Shown here: positions 1 to 8,466 of the stretch, piece after piece | Numbering within the stretch: the first letter of the stretch is position 1 | Layout of the letters: every line of letters starts with the position of its first letter | Virus record (IMG/VR): IMGVR_UViG_3300025073_000989 | Reading direction: 5' to 3' (one strand) | DNA from: a virus | Taxonomy: Duplodnaviria; Caudoviricetes | Length of the DNA stretch: 64,000 nucleotides | Made by a program: the position numbers and the translations under genes | The notes under the pieces: generated by a model | The model's input: the letters and a program-made list of their open reading frames with translations, nothing else | The model's database searches: none | Told to the model about the DNA's origin: nothing

Positions 1-721
1 AGTTCCACCCCTGATCAACTTTTGCCATGTGAAGGTACAAAACTGACTCCGGTACATGTTTTCTAAACTCACTAAAAGCCTGTATAGTTCTTGGAATATC
101 TTTTCTTTGTTGATTCCTATTAACGTTTGTAATAATAAACTTGTCTGCATGTTTTCCAAAATATTGTGACCTAAAAGATTTAGTCTTTTCTTCATCTAAA
201 ACAAAAAACTCATTTATATTAACACCGTGTGGTATAACTTCTACATTACCAACACTAGGAAATGCTTTTTTTGCCTCAGTTTTTCCAAATTCTGAATAAG
301 CCACTAATCTATCAACTGGAGAAACATTTTTAATCCATTGTTCTTTAGGAGTACCGTCTACTGGAAAATAACAAATACTTCTATAAGGACGACCTTTACT
401 TTTAAGGTGTCCAACTAATTCTGGGATAAAATCCATAATAAATGTATCTTGAAGTAAAAATAAAATATCAAAATCATCTCTGTGCGCCATTATATTTACA
501 CATTTTTTTTTGCCATAAGGATCCTTTTCTGGATTAGTTCCAGTCGGCCATACACGATATGGAAATACATGTGGATCCCCCCAGTAATTTATTCCAAGAA
601 TATCAATATCATACCTTCCTGTTTTATATAACGCCTCAAAAATGTTTCTACTTACAGTACCAAAGCCTGTCGCACAAGTAGGGCTATCACAATACGCCAA
701 CACTTTAATCTTTTTTCCCAT
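1..721 (-). CDS. Glycosyltransferase, GT-B fold (GT4-like); runs off the window edge (3' partial); absent from the ORF track
   Basis: Own translation from ATG at 721 (AAAGGAG SD upstream): MGKKIKVLAYCDSPTCATGFGTVSRNI...IPHGVN...FIITNVNRNQQRKDIPRTIQAFSEF, typical GT4 N-terminal and NRxxxRK motifs. Confidence 0.8.
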   Translation of the reverse strand, partial: MGKKIKVLAYCDSPTCATGFGTVSRNIFEALYKTGRYDIDILGINYWGDPHVFPYRVWPTGTNPEKDPYGKKKCVNIMAHRDDFDILFLLQDTFIMDFIPELVGHLKSKGRPYRSICYFPVDGTPKEQWIKNVSPVDRLVAYSEFGKTEAKKAFPSVGNVEVIPHGVNINEFFVLDEEKTKSFRSQYFGKHADKFIITNVNRNQQRKDIPRTIQAFSEFRKHVPESVLYLHMAKVDQGWN

Positions 722-756
722 AAACATCTCCTTTAATTAATTTTTAATTATTTAGA

Positions 757-1923
757 TTATTGTCTATCCTTTTTAACCTTCCTAGTAGCCAGAAAAGGCG
801 CTGTATAATTAACAACCATAGCACTTGTGATTTTATCTTTAACTGCTGAATTTTCTTCTAAATATCTATCTACAGCCTTTTTATTTACAGTCACCAGCTT
901 TGGAAAATGCTCAGAAGGGACATACTTATAAACAGTATCTAAATCGTAGGCCTTCCTAGAACTCTGTCTAACATATACCTCATCCTCTAACCCAACAAGG
1001 TTTGCTGACTTAGCTTGTATTCTTTCCATCATAATCATACTCAATTCCCGTTCCCTCATTTCTAATAGTTTTTCCGTATTTTTTACTTCTTTCCACTCAG
1101 ATATAAGAGATATATCATCCATATCAAAAATGGAGTTAAATTTATAATCTGTCTTTTTACAAGCAATCTGATATTCTTCACAATATTCTTTGTAGTCGCA
1201 CCAAGGACAAAAAATATTCATATGAGGTTTAGCGTCTTTCTTTTCCATATTTACCATCTGCTTGTAAACCTCTAAAAGATACTTACTGAACTCTACCTTT
1301 TCTTCATCAGTTCTATATGTATAGACAATATCCTCCCTAAGTAAGTCCAGACTTAATATAATTCTTTTATACTCCGGCCAAAGCGTATGTGCTACCAGAT
1401 TATAAATAGAGAGTTGTATATCGTTCCTTAAATGCTCAGCGTCAGGGGTAGTTTTAGATGTTTTATAGTCAACAATTAGTAATGTATCTTCATCTATTTC
1501 CTCTGCTTTATCTATAGCCCCGATTAAAGGCACACCATCTTCAGTATAAAAAACATCATCACCAAAACCAAATTTTTGCTCTAAGGCTATTAGTTTTCTG
1601 CCTACAATAAAAGACTTTAACCTTGATTTAATTAAATCTTTACCCTCGTTATGGGTACAAGGATCCTCTATACCTTCTTTGATAGAAACTTCATTATATT
1701 TATCTAAAATCTTCTCAATTTCTTTTTTACTAAAACTATCTCTGTCAATTTTATCAAGCCAAATTTTTCCGGCAAACTCTAATGTTTCATGCACAGCTGT
1801 ACCTAATCTAAAAACTGCGTTAGGTACTTTAGGTAACTGCTCGACATAGTTATACCAGTACTTAAGTTTACATTGCAAAAATGTACTAATTCTAGTAGCA
1901 CTAAGTTTTACGTCTTTACTCAT
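757..1923 (-). CDS. PD-(D/E)XK exonuclease, Cas4/RecB/AddB-like
   Basis: LSATRISTFLQC..KY N-terminus, GAIDKAE...IVDYKT nuclease motifs, Q-x-x-x-Y (IQLSIY), C-terminal CPWCDYKEYC cysteine cluster. Confidence 0.8.
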   Translation of the reverse strand: MSKDVKLSATRISTFLQCKLKYWYNYVEQLPKVPNAVFRLGTAVHETLEFAGKIWLDKIDRDSFSKKEIEKILDKYNEVSIKEGIEDPCTHNEGKDLIKSRLKSFIVGRKLIALEQKFGFGDDVFYTEDGVPLIGAIDKAEEIDEDTLLIVDYKTSKTTPDAEHLRNDIQLSIYNLVAHTLWPEYKRIILSLDLLREDIVYTYRTDEEKVEFSKYLLEVYKQMVNMEKKDAKPHMNIFCPWCDYKEYCEEYQIACKKTDYKFNSIFDMDDISLISEWKEVKNTEKLLEMRERELSMIMMERIQAKSANLVGLEDEVYVRQSSRKAYDLDTVYKYVPSEHFPKLVTVNKKAVDRYLEENSAVKDKITSAMVVNYTAPFLATRKVKKDRQ

Positions 1924-2451
1924 TTAACTCTCCTTATATATATTTTTATAAATAAAACCATAATCAGTTGTATCCTTAAATCCAGAAATTCCTAAAATTA
2001 TATCTAAGTAATATATACACATAGCTATAGCATCCACTATATCATTATCTTTTTTAAAAGACCAGGTATCATTATCAAATATATCTGTTACAAAATAAAA
2101 CAATTCCTCTTTTGTTCTGACTTTAAAATAAGACTTAACTGTGTTATTGCTTATTACATATGGAGTTATTTCAGTGAACTCTTTGCAGGTTTCTTTGGCT
2201 ACACCGGCAAATTCTGATAATAATTTTAAAGTTCTAACGTTTAACCCAGAATAAACATCTTCAATTATGATATGTGTCGGCTTATACTCATTAAGAATGC
2301 TTATCAATTGCTGTCTAAAGCTCAACAGCCTTGTAGCACTATCTTCCTTTGAATTAGTTTTTATGGTACCATATTTAATAAAACTATTACTATGTATTAT
2401 ACACCACCCAGTACAGGCGGCAGAAACATCTAAACTAAGAACACTCCACAT
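1924..2451 (-). CDS. ruvC: RuvC-like Holliday junction resolvase
   Basis: VLSLDVSAACTGW, IIIEDV and DIVDAIA acidic motifs of the RuvC fold; 175 aa. Confidence 0.7.
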   Translation of the reverse strand: MWSVLSLDVSAACTGWCIIHSNSFIKYGTIKTNSKEDSATRLLSFRQQLISILNEYKPTHIIIEDVYSGLNVRTLKLLSEFAGVAKETCKEFTEITPYVISNNTVKSYFKVRTKEELFYFVTDIFDNDTWSFKKDNDIVDAIAMCIYYLDIILGISGFKDTTDYGFIYKNIYKES

Positions 2452-3237
2452 TTATAAATTCTCCAATACTTCTATTTGTTCTTTTGTTAAATTATCAACT
2501 GAAGGTAAATTCATTTTTAGCTTTATATATAAATCTCCATCAGGCCCACCGTTTACACCTTTACCACCTCTGTAAGCAAAAGGTAGTATTTTACCATCAT
2601 CTACCCCTTTACTTATTTTAATATCTATATTACGATTTTCTATTAAAGTAGTACCTGAGCCATTGCATTTATCACATTTTGTTTTAACAACCCTACCCAA
2701 ACCGTTACAAGCAGCACACGTTGTCATAGAACGCATCACCATACCACCATCACGACGAATTTGTGAAAAAACGCCCACACCATTACAGTTGGTACAATTA
2801 TCTGACTCAGAAGCACCAGAACCCTTACAATCTATACATATATCATTATAACTAACATTAAAATCATAGTCACCACCAAAAATAAAGTATTTCAAAGGAA
2901 TATCTATAACAAACTTTAAATCTTGGCCTTTCCTTGGAGCATTGGGATCAGGTCTTTGTCTGGTAAAAGGACCATTAGCAAATGGGTTGCCGAAACCAAA
3001 GCCCTTAAAAAGATCTTCCATGTTAGAGACTGGATTATCATACTCCCTACGCTTGGCTTCATTAGATAAAACAGAATAAGCCTCATTTATATCCTTAAAA
3101 ACGGCCTCAGATTCTTTGTCGCCTTGGTTTTTATCTGGATGGTATTTAAGTGCTAGCTTTCGGTAAGCTTTTTTTACTTCGTCACTAGATGTTTCTTTAT
3201 TAATACCTAAAATACTATAATAATCCTTAGTACTCAT
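2452..3237 (-). CDS. dnaJ: DnaJ (class A-like) co-chaperone lacking the second C-terminal domain
   Basis: KDYYSILG...YHPD J domain, short G/F region, four CxxCxGxG repeats (CIDCKGSG, CTNCNGVG, CAACNGLG, CDKCNGSG). Confidence 0.92.
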   Translation of the reverse strand: MSTKDYYSILGINKETSSDEVKKAYRKLALKYHPDKNQGDKESEAVFKDINEAYSVLSNEAKRREYDNPVSNMEDLFKGFGFGNPFANGPFTRQRPDPNAPRKGQDLKFVIDIPLKYFIFGGDYDFNVSYNDICIDCKGSGASESDNCTNCNGVGVFSQIRRDGGMVMRSMTTCAACNGLGRVVKTKCDKCNGSGTTLIENRNIDIKISKGVDDGKILPFAYRGGKGVNGGPDGDLYIKLKMNLPSVDNLTKEQIEVLENL

Positions 3238-3636
3238 TTAGTCTAAAACCTCCCACTCGAAATCACAATCAGGACATTTATATACATTTTTTGATTGTTC
3301 ATAACATATTTTATTACATTTTATACACCTGTCAACATAATCCATCATAGATACAGAATTGACATCTTCTACTACAAGACTGTTCATTAGGTCAGTAAAA
3401 GCATCTTCATTAGAAATCAAATCACTTAGTAAACTGTTACTATCAAAAAGCTTCTCTAGGGCATCTAAATTAACCGGCTCACCAACCAAAACATTATCGT
3501 TAGCAGTCTTCCACATATAACTACAATATCTACAAGTATGGTAAGCTATGCTTATCTTACTACCACAATCTCCACATAAAAAAGACTCCGTAAAAAATAC
3601 AGTATCACTTTCTTTGTTACAATTAGTACAACACAT
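3238..3636 (-). CDS. Multi zinc-ribbon protein, function unknown
   Basis: Five CxxC pairs (CTNC, CGDC, CRYC, CIKC, CPDC); packed in operon. Confidence 0.6.
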   Translation of the reverse strand: MCCTNCNKESDTVFFTESFLCGDCGSKISIAYHTCRYCSYMWKTANDNVLVGEPVNLDALEKLFDSNSLLSDLISNEDAFTDLMNSLVVEDVNSVSMMDYVDRCIKCNKICYEQSKNVYKCPDCDFEWEVLD

Positions 3637-3649
3637 AAATATTCACCCC

Positions 3650-4000
3650 TTAGATCATTTCTAATAATTGTCCAAAAATATCAACAGAGTTATCATTGAA
3701 CTTTATACTTATTGGTGCAAACAGTTGATTGGTCTTTAGATCTGGATACTTTTTAGTAGCAAATAGGACTTTTGATATAGATGGTAAGTATAGTATGTCA
3801 TTATTTAATAAATCAAAAATTCCTGATTTTTTATCAAAGAACTCTGGGTCTATATTATTATAATCCCCTCTTTTTGGTATACTAATTTTATATTGATCTT
3901 TAAGCACCTTGAATTTATAATTTCTAGCTGGTAATAAAACCATACTAGGGGTACCAACTACTTCCTGAGCATCAATCCAAACAACATCATCCATTTCCAT
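3650..4000 (-). CDS. Hypothetical protein
   Basis: 116 aa ORF with GAGGA SD, operon packing. Confidence 0.6.
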   Translation of the reverse strand: MEMDDVVWIDAQEVVGTPSMVLLPARNYKFKVLKDQYKISIPKRGDYNNIDPEFFDKKSGIFDLLNNDILYLPSISKVLFATKKYPDLKTNQLFAPISIKFNDNSVDIFGQLLEMI

Positions 4001-4014
4001 AATAGTATCCTCGT

Positions 4015-4329
4015 CTAAATTAAAATAAAATTATCTACTATAATCTCTGTCCAATATTTTTTGTCAGATCCTTTACAGTACCTACACTGACCGTCATAAG
4101 AGCTTTCTTCTATATGTCCATGTATCCTAACATAACTATCCTTGGGTAATACGCTTAAAGCTTCCGCCAAATTACCCCAAGCACCAATTTTAATATACTG
4201 AAACAAACCACAATCATCTGGGGACGGTATAGCTAATTTAGCTTTAAACATATAGTTATCATTGTCTAACTCTTTAAAACTAGGATATGTAATCTTGCCC
4301 ATTAAAATAACAAAGTTTTCTCCCCGCAT
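4015..4329 (-). CDS. ssb: Single-stranded DNA-binding protein (OB fold only)
   Basis: NFVILMGKI...AWGNLAE...VRIHGHI...TEIIVDNF matches the bacterial SSB OB pattern; no acidic tail. Confidence 0.75.
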   Translation of the reverse strand: MRGENFVILMGKITYPSFKELDNDNYMFKAKLAIPSPDDCGLFQYIKIGAWGNLAEALSVLPKDSYVRIHGHIEESSYDGQCRYCKGSDKKYWTEIIVDNFILI

Positions 4330-5375
4330 TAAAAATATCCCTCTAAATATGACATTATTTTATCTTTGGATAGGTCTGAAGGATCCATACCACTTTCAGT
4401 TATAAATACTGGAATCAACGGTTTAATATTACCATTTAGTTCATTAAAAGACGCAATAGTCCCTTCTACTCCGGCCTTGTCACCATCAAAAAACAAAACT
4501 ACGCCTTTAGGGGCATTTGCATATAGAAGAATCCTCTGGTACTCTGTTACAAAAGATCCCATAATAGCCACTACGTTTCTTATACCATACTCATACAAGC
4601 GCCATACACTCTTAAAACCTTCAACAACAATAATAGGTTTGTTTGTACAAAACTCCCTAGCCTTGTCTAAGTTATACAAAGTTCTATCTTTATCAAAACC
4701 CGGCGTTAGTTTATATTTAAAACTTGAGTCTTTTATGTCGTTATTATCTCTAGTATCCCTTAAACTATAAGCGCGCAGTTTACCATGTTCGTCTCTTATA
4801 GGTATAATGTCTCTAATTATATTATTATAATCTTTATAGCCACCGGCAACTTCAAAGTAATCCAAAGTAGCTTCTTTAAACCCATCCTTTATAAACATTA
4901 AAGACCTAAAGGGCTTAAATTGGTTAAGCGAATCCTCATTTACTATAGGGGGCTTATTGTCTACTTTTTTAACAATTCTGAGAATGCGATCTGTCTCTCT
5001 ATTCATTTTAAATTTAGAAAACTCTTTACTAAAATCACCTATAGCACCAACTAAACCCTCTAGATAGTGAACAGCCGACATAAAATTAGTTTTATGAACA
5101 GCCATTATTAGGCCTATAACATCATAACTAAAAGATTCATGACATTTATTAGTAAAACAAATCCAGGTACCTGTTTCTTTATTAAACCTAAAAGCTGATT
5201 TATTATCACCACCGTGTATTATACAAGCACATCTAATTTCTTTATTAGAATCCCTTTCTATATCAAAACCAAGAGATACTAGAAGATAGTTATAGTCTAC
5301 TGCCAATTTTAAGCATTCTAGTTTATGCTTAAGTTCTAATCTAGCTTCACTATCAATAGAGTTGTTGATGCTCAT
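4329..5375 (-). CDS. dnaG: DnaG-type DNA primase; the current start codon lies inside the IS right end
   Basis: CHC2 zinc finger (CIIH...CFTNKC), TOPRIM motifs IVVEG and FFDGDKAG. Confidence 0.9.
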   Translation of the reverse strand: MSINNSIDSEARLELKHKLECLKLAVDYNYLLVSLGFDIERDSNKEIRCACIIHGGDNKSAFRFNKETGTWICFTNKCHESFSYDVIGLIMAVHKTNFMSAVHYLEGLVGAIGDFSKEFSKFKMNRETDRILRIVKKVDNKPPIVNEDSLNQFKPFRSLMFIKDGFKEATLDYFEVAGGYKDYNNIIRDIIPIRDEHGKLRAYSLRDTRDNNDIKDSSFKYKLTPGFDKDRTLYNLDKAREFCTNKPIIVVEGFKSVWRLYEYGIRNVVAIMGSFVTEYQRILLYANAPKGVVLFFDGDKAGVEGTIASFNELNGNIKPLIPVFITESGMDPSDLSKDKIMSYLEGYF

Positions 5376-5392
5376 CGGGCACCGCCCGACGA
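5372..5392 (-). repeat. IS right-end hairpin
   Basis: Minus strand TCGTCGGGC-GGT-GCCCGATGA, 9-bp stem with one G:T pair. Confidence 0.85.
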
Positions 5393-5836
5393 TTTCAGTT
5401 TACCTTCCTTCAAAGGTATCTGATTTAGGGGAACGTCAATATGCCCCACGGTCGAAACTCTGTCTTCGGCCGTTTGCTCATAAAGAAACCAAGCATTCGC
5501 GGATATATTAAAAGCCACGTTGGCATCTCTATGATCAAAGTGTCCACAAGAGCACTTGTAGTGCTTACCATTTGGTTTGTTGATGCTTCCACAGCGCGAG
5601 CAAACCTGTCTTGTATAAGCTGGATTTACAAACACTACTGGCACTCCAAGCAAAGTCGCCTTGTATTTGATGAAGGTTTCCAACTGATAAAAAGACCATT
5701 GAGATTTCTGAACATAGCTCTTGGCTTTACCTTTCTTGGAAATCTTTCCCAAATCCTCTAATACTATGGCGGAACGATGTAGTTTGGCGTAATCAACTAT
5801 GGTTTTGGAAACTTTATGGTTAATTGTAGTTTTCAC
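5372..5836 (-). pseudogene. tnpB: Internally deleted TnpB (154 aa from GTG at 5836; the ORF track extends it to 5872)
   Basis: AAGGAG SD 8 nt before GTG; retains IVLEDL (RuvC-II), WSFYQL, VNPAYT, CxxC zinc ribbon and HRDANVAFNI (RuvC-III); lacks WED/REC and RuvC-I. Confidence 0.85.
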
Positions 5837-5887
5837 TGGTGGTGCTCCTTTAGATGTTGTTAAAAAATACATACAGGGTCAAACTGG

Positions 5888-5928
5888 TTGAGACTTACCC
5901 CGAGCACCGCTCTGGGATTGTGTCTCAA
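5888..5928 (-). repeat. IS left-end hairpin
   Basis: Minus strand TTGAGAC-acaat-CCC-a-GAGC-GGT-GCTC-GGG-gtaa-GTCTCAA nested inverted repeat. Confidence 0.85.
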
Positions 5929-7319
5929 AAAAATTGTTCATCATAACTTGAGCTGCCTTCATTGTGAGCCACGCCATCTTTGAAATTAAATAATTGCCTA
6001 TCGGCCGGTACTTCCTTAATAAATAACATCTCCTTAAAAAAATTATAACCAATACCTGTATCTCCAGTACCTCCTCCCCTACGGCTATCTTTTATTACTA
6101 GCTTATACGGACCACACTTTCCGCCGTATGTCTCCAATACAGAAGTTTCCTGAGCCATCCAAAAAGACACTATATCGCCGTATCTAGCTATTCTATCGCT
6201 ATCTGCAATATCACCCTGCCTATTTAATTGGACGGCTGTAACAAATGGTATATTTAAATCACCAGACAGATCTTTAAGTCTAGTAGCAACATCCCCTAAA
6301 ATTTGATATTCTTTTCTTTGTGTATTAATACTTGTAGACTCTGGCTCTTTTATATAATCAAAAAAAGCTGCCTGAATATCTTCCTTAATTTTATATTTCT
6401 TATACAGGGCCGTAATCTTATCAAGCGAATATCCAGGCATGTATTCATGAAAAAACTTTTTACCCTCAAATATTTTTATTGCTTTAGTTATTTTAGTATA
6501 TGTAGCATCATCATAACCACCGTGCTTTATTATACGCTCTGGTATACCGGTTACCATAGAAATAAGACGGTCTCTCCACTCACTAAAAGTCATCTCAGTA
6601 TCAACATATAATAACGGTTTCTCTGAAACCAGCGCTATGTGTGCCGCCATATTGGTAATAAACGCACTTTTACCCATTTTCTTTCTTGCAGCTACTATAA
6701 AAAGAGTACCAGGAATTAAACCATCTATCTGTGTATCTAATATCGGGTAACCTGTAGAAATACCAGACATATCCTTATATTCTTTTCGTCTTTCTTCTAA
6801 ATAGTCAAGTAGTCCGTCACAGACATTTACTGGCTCTTTAATTGATTTAGCTTGTGTAGATAGGCTCATTATATCTGATTGAATCTGGCCTATAAATTGA
6901 CCACTGTCTTTAGACCCCCTACTTAGGTCTTCCAGTATCTCAATACTAGTATTGTTAATTTTTTTAAATAATTGATACTTAGTACTGGCCTCTAATATAT
7001 CATTAACATATCTATCAAAATTCCCTGGGTCTGAATCCATAAAGTTATATAGCAAATCAAGATACTTTGCATCTATCAGTTCTGTAGCTCCTAATGACTC
7101 TAACTGACGCTCAACCTCAAAAAACTCAAAAGATTTAATATCATACTTCTCATTAAGCATTTTAAGAACACCAAATAGTGTCGAATGACGTACATCCAGA
7201 AAATCCTGCTTATTAACCTTAGACACTAAAGTATAATAAAAATCTATATTATTTACTGCTTTGGATAAAACATACCTTTCAGCATATTCCTTACAAAAAT
7301 CTGAAACATTATACTGCAT
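5925..7319 (-). CDS. dnaB: Replicative DNA helicase, DnaB family
   Basis: Walker A AARKKMGKS, YVDTEM, FFDYI, AVQLNR, KDSRRG motifs; N-terminal DnaB domain. Confidence 0.92.
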   Translation of the reverse strand: MQYNVSDFCKEYAERYVLSKAVNNIDFYYTLVSKVNKQDFLDVRHSTLFGVLKMLNEKYDIKSFEFFEVERQLESLGATELIDAKYLDLLYNFMDSDPGNFDRYVNDILEASTKYQLFKKINNTSIEILEDLSRGSKDSGQFIGQIQSDIMSLSTQAKSIKEPVNVCDGLLDYLEERRKEYKDMSGISTGYPILDTQIDGLIPGTLFIVAARKKMGKSAFITNMAAHIALVSEKPLLYVDTEMTFSEWRDRLISMVTGIPERIIKHGGYDDATYTKITKAIKIFEGKKFFHEYMPGYSLDKITALYKKYKIKEDIQAAFFDYIKEPESTSINTQRKEYQILGDVATRLKDLSGDLNIPFVTAVQLNRQGDIADSDRIARYGDIVSFWMAQETSVLETYGGKCGPYKLVIKDSRRGGGTGDTGIGYNFFKEMLFIKEVPADRQLFNFKDGVAHNEGSSSYDEQFF

Positions 7320-7780
7320 TATCCCCTCCTCTCCATCCTAGTTTCCCATAATTCATTTTCTCTACGGGTAAGTTCTCTCTTAAAAGTAGCTATGTACTCC
7401 TGTATAGTTTTATCTATACCGTCTAACAGCATAAGTTCCATTTTTAATTCTTCTATTTTTTGCTCCTTTTCGTACAACTCTTTAGTATTTGATGTAATGT
7501 AAGCTACAGCATTACCTTTGGTTTTATATGTTTTCATTATATCTGAAGTAAGTAACTGAGACGTAGCTAGCTCCAATTCACGCTCTAGTTTAAATAGACC
7601 GGCTTTTGATTGGTTTTGCTGATATTTAAAGTAAATTAGGTACTGAGAAAGTGCCAGAGCGTATTGACTCAATTCGGAACCGTCAATAACATCTAATGTT
7701 CTAACATCCATTTCAAATACCTGCCTAATAAAATCGTAGTCTGGCTTAACTTCACTAAAAGATAATACACCTTTATCCAT
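7319..7780 (-). CDS. Hypothetical helical protein (possibly UvsY-like recombination mediator)
   Basis: 153 aa, coiled-coil character, near recA/dnaB; the UvsY idea rests on size and context only. Confidence 0.5.
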   Translation of the reverse strand: MDKGVLSFSEVKPDYDFIRQVFEMDVRTLDVIDGSELSQYALALSQYLIYFKYQQNQSKAGLFKLERELELATSQLLTSDIMKTYKTKGNAVAYITSNTKELYEKEQKIEELKMELMLLDGIDKTIQEYIATFKRELTRRENELWETRMERRG

Positions 7781-7790
7781 TTGTCAACCC

Positions 7791-8054
7791 CTATCTAGCT
7801 TTTTCGTCTATTTCCATCTCATTTTTTTGAAATAAAATTCCACAACAAAGATAATCATAGTTGATTACTTTACCTGTTTTTGGATCCTCTAATTGCACAT
7901 AATCACTTTTGTAGCCGATCTGACGACAATCAAACGACTTTGAGCAATATTTCCACTCTTTTGTAATGGTTCCGTCATCATAGGGCTCGAAATCTGCACA
8001 GTCTTTTTTTAGTTTTAATCCATACACACTATCGGGTGTTATTATTAGGGACAT
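7791..8054 (-). CDS. Small hypothetical Cys-containing protein
   Basis: 87 aa, operon packing, C..C...C/CC residues. Confidence 0.5.
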   Translation of the reverse strand: MSLIITPDSVYGLKLKKDCADFEPYDDGTITKEWKYCSKSFDCRQIGYKSDYVQLEDPKTGKVINYDYLCCGILFQKNEMEIDEKAR

Positions 8055-8407
8055 ATAGGCTCCTTATTTTGTGCTTCTAATATTCTTTGTAAAACTAATT
8101 CTTCGGTAATTATATCATCATAATTAAAAAACACCAAGGTTAATTTTGGATTATCTTCTAAATACATTAACTTTAAATTGTCTCGTTTTTTCTGGGCGTT
8201 GAAATTTGCTGGGTCATTGCCGTGCATATGTCTATTGAACACAAAATGTTGCATACCCTGTATTTCAAATAGTAGAGCTAACTGCTTGATATAAAAGTCA
8301 AAAAACAAACGAGTGTTCTTATATTTTACATAGTATTCCTTTTCTATATGAGAGTATGGAAAAATGATTTTTAGTATGTCATATACTTGATCAGATTGTT
8401 TAGACAT
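8045..8407 (-). CDS. Vsr/DUF559-like endonuclease
   Basis: E..VY..L...F, FDFYI, EIQGMQH, RD..K pattern of the very-short-patch/DUF559 fold. Confidence 0.7.
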   Translation of the reverse strand: MSKQSDQVYDILKIIFPYSHIEKEYYVKYKNTRLFFDFYIKQLALLFEIQGMQHFVFNRHMHGNDPANFNAQKKRDNLKLMYLEDNPKLTLVFFNYDDIITEELVLQRILEAQNKEPICP

Positions 8408-8411
8408 TTAT

Positions 8412-8466
8412 GTGCACCTCAATTCATTAAAACCACATCCAGGTATTTGGTGCACTTGTATGTGGC
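8412..8466 (-). promoter_or_regulatory. Candidate H-type pseudoknot covering the SD of the 8045-8407 nuclease gene
   Basis: mRNA GCCACAU-acaa-GUGCACC-10nt-AUGUGGU-13nt-GGUGCAC-auaaAUG: two interleaved 7-bp helices; the second overlaps GAGGUG. Confidence 0.45.

Larger units (their letters stand above)
5365..5930 (-). mobile_element. Non-autonomous IS200/IS605-family element (no tnpA, internally deleted tnpB); left boundary ambiguous within a T7 run (5927-5931)
   Basis: Related subterminal hairpins sharing the GCGGTGC loop region at both ends, right end terminating in TCAA, tnpB C-terminus running into the right end, GC content visibly above flanks. Confidence 0.85.

Noticed and set aside
757-1923. 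CRISPR-Cas locus suggested by the Cas4-like gene
   Set aside because: No repeat-spacer array, cas1/cas2 or effector genes seen; context is recombination
3238-3636. PhnA-like link between the zinc-ribbon protein (CPDCDFEW) and the phosphonopyruvate decarboxylase-like pair
   Set aside because: Similarity is limited to a generic zinc ribbon, and the genes are ~51 kb apart
5365-5930. IStron (group I intron plus IS) explanation for the dnaB/dnaG insertion
   Set aside because: Only ~50 bp separate the left hairpin from the tnpB SD, leaving no room for a group I core; codon donation explains viability without splicing
5365-5935. Exact TAM and guide pairing for the IS ends
   Set aside because: IS608-style guide/cleavage pairing rules tried by hand gave no unique solution; the left junction stays ambiguous within the T7 run
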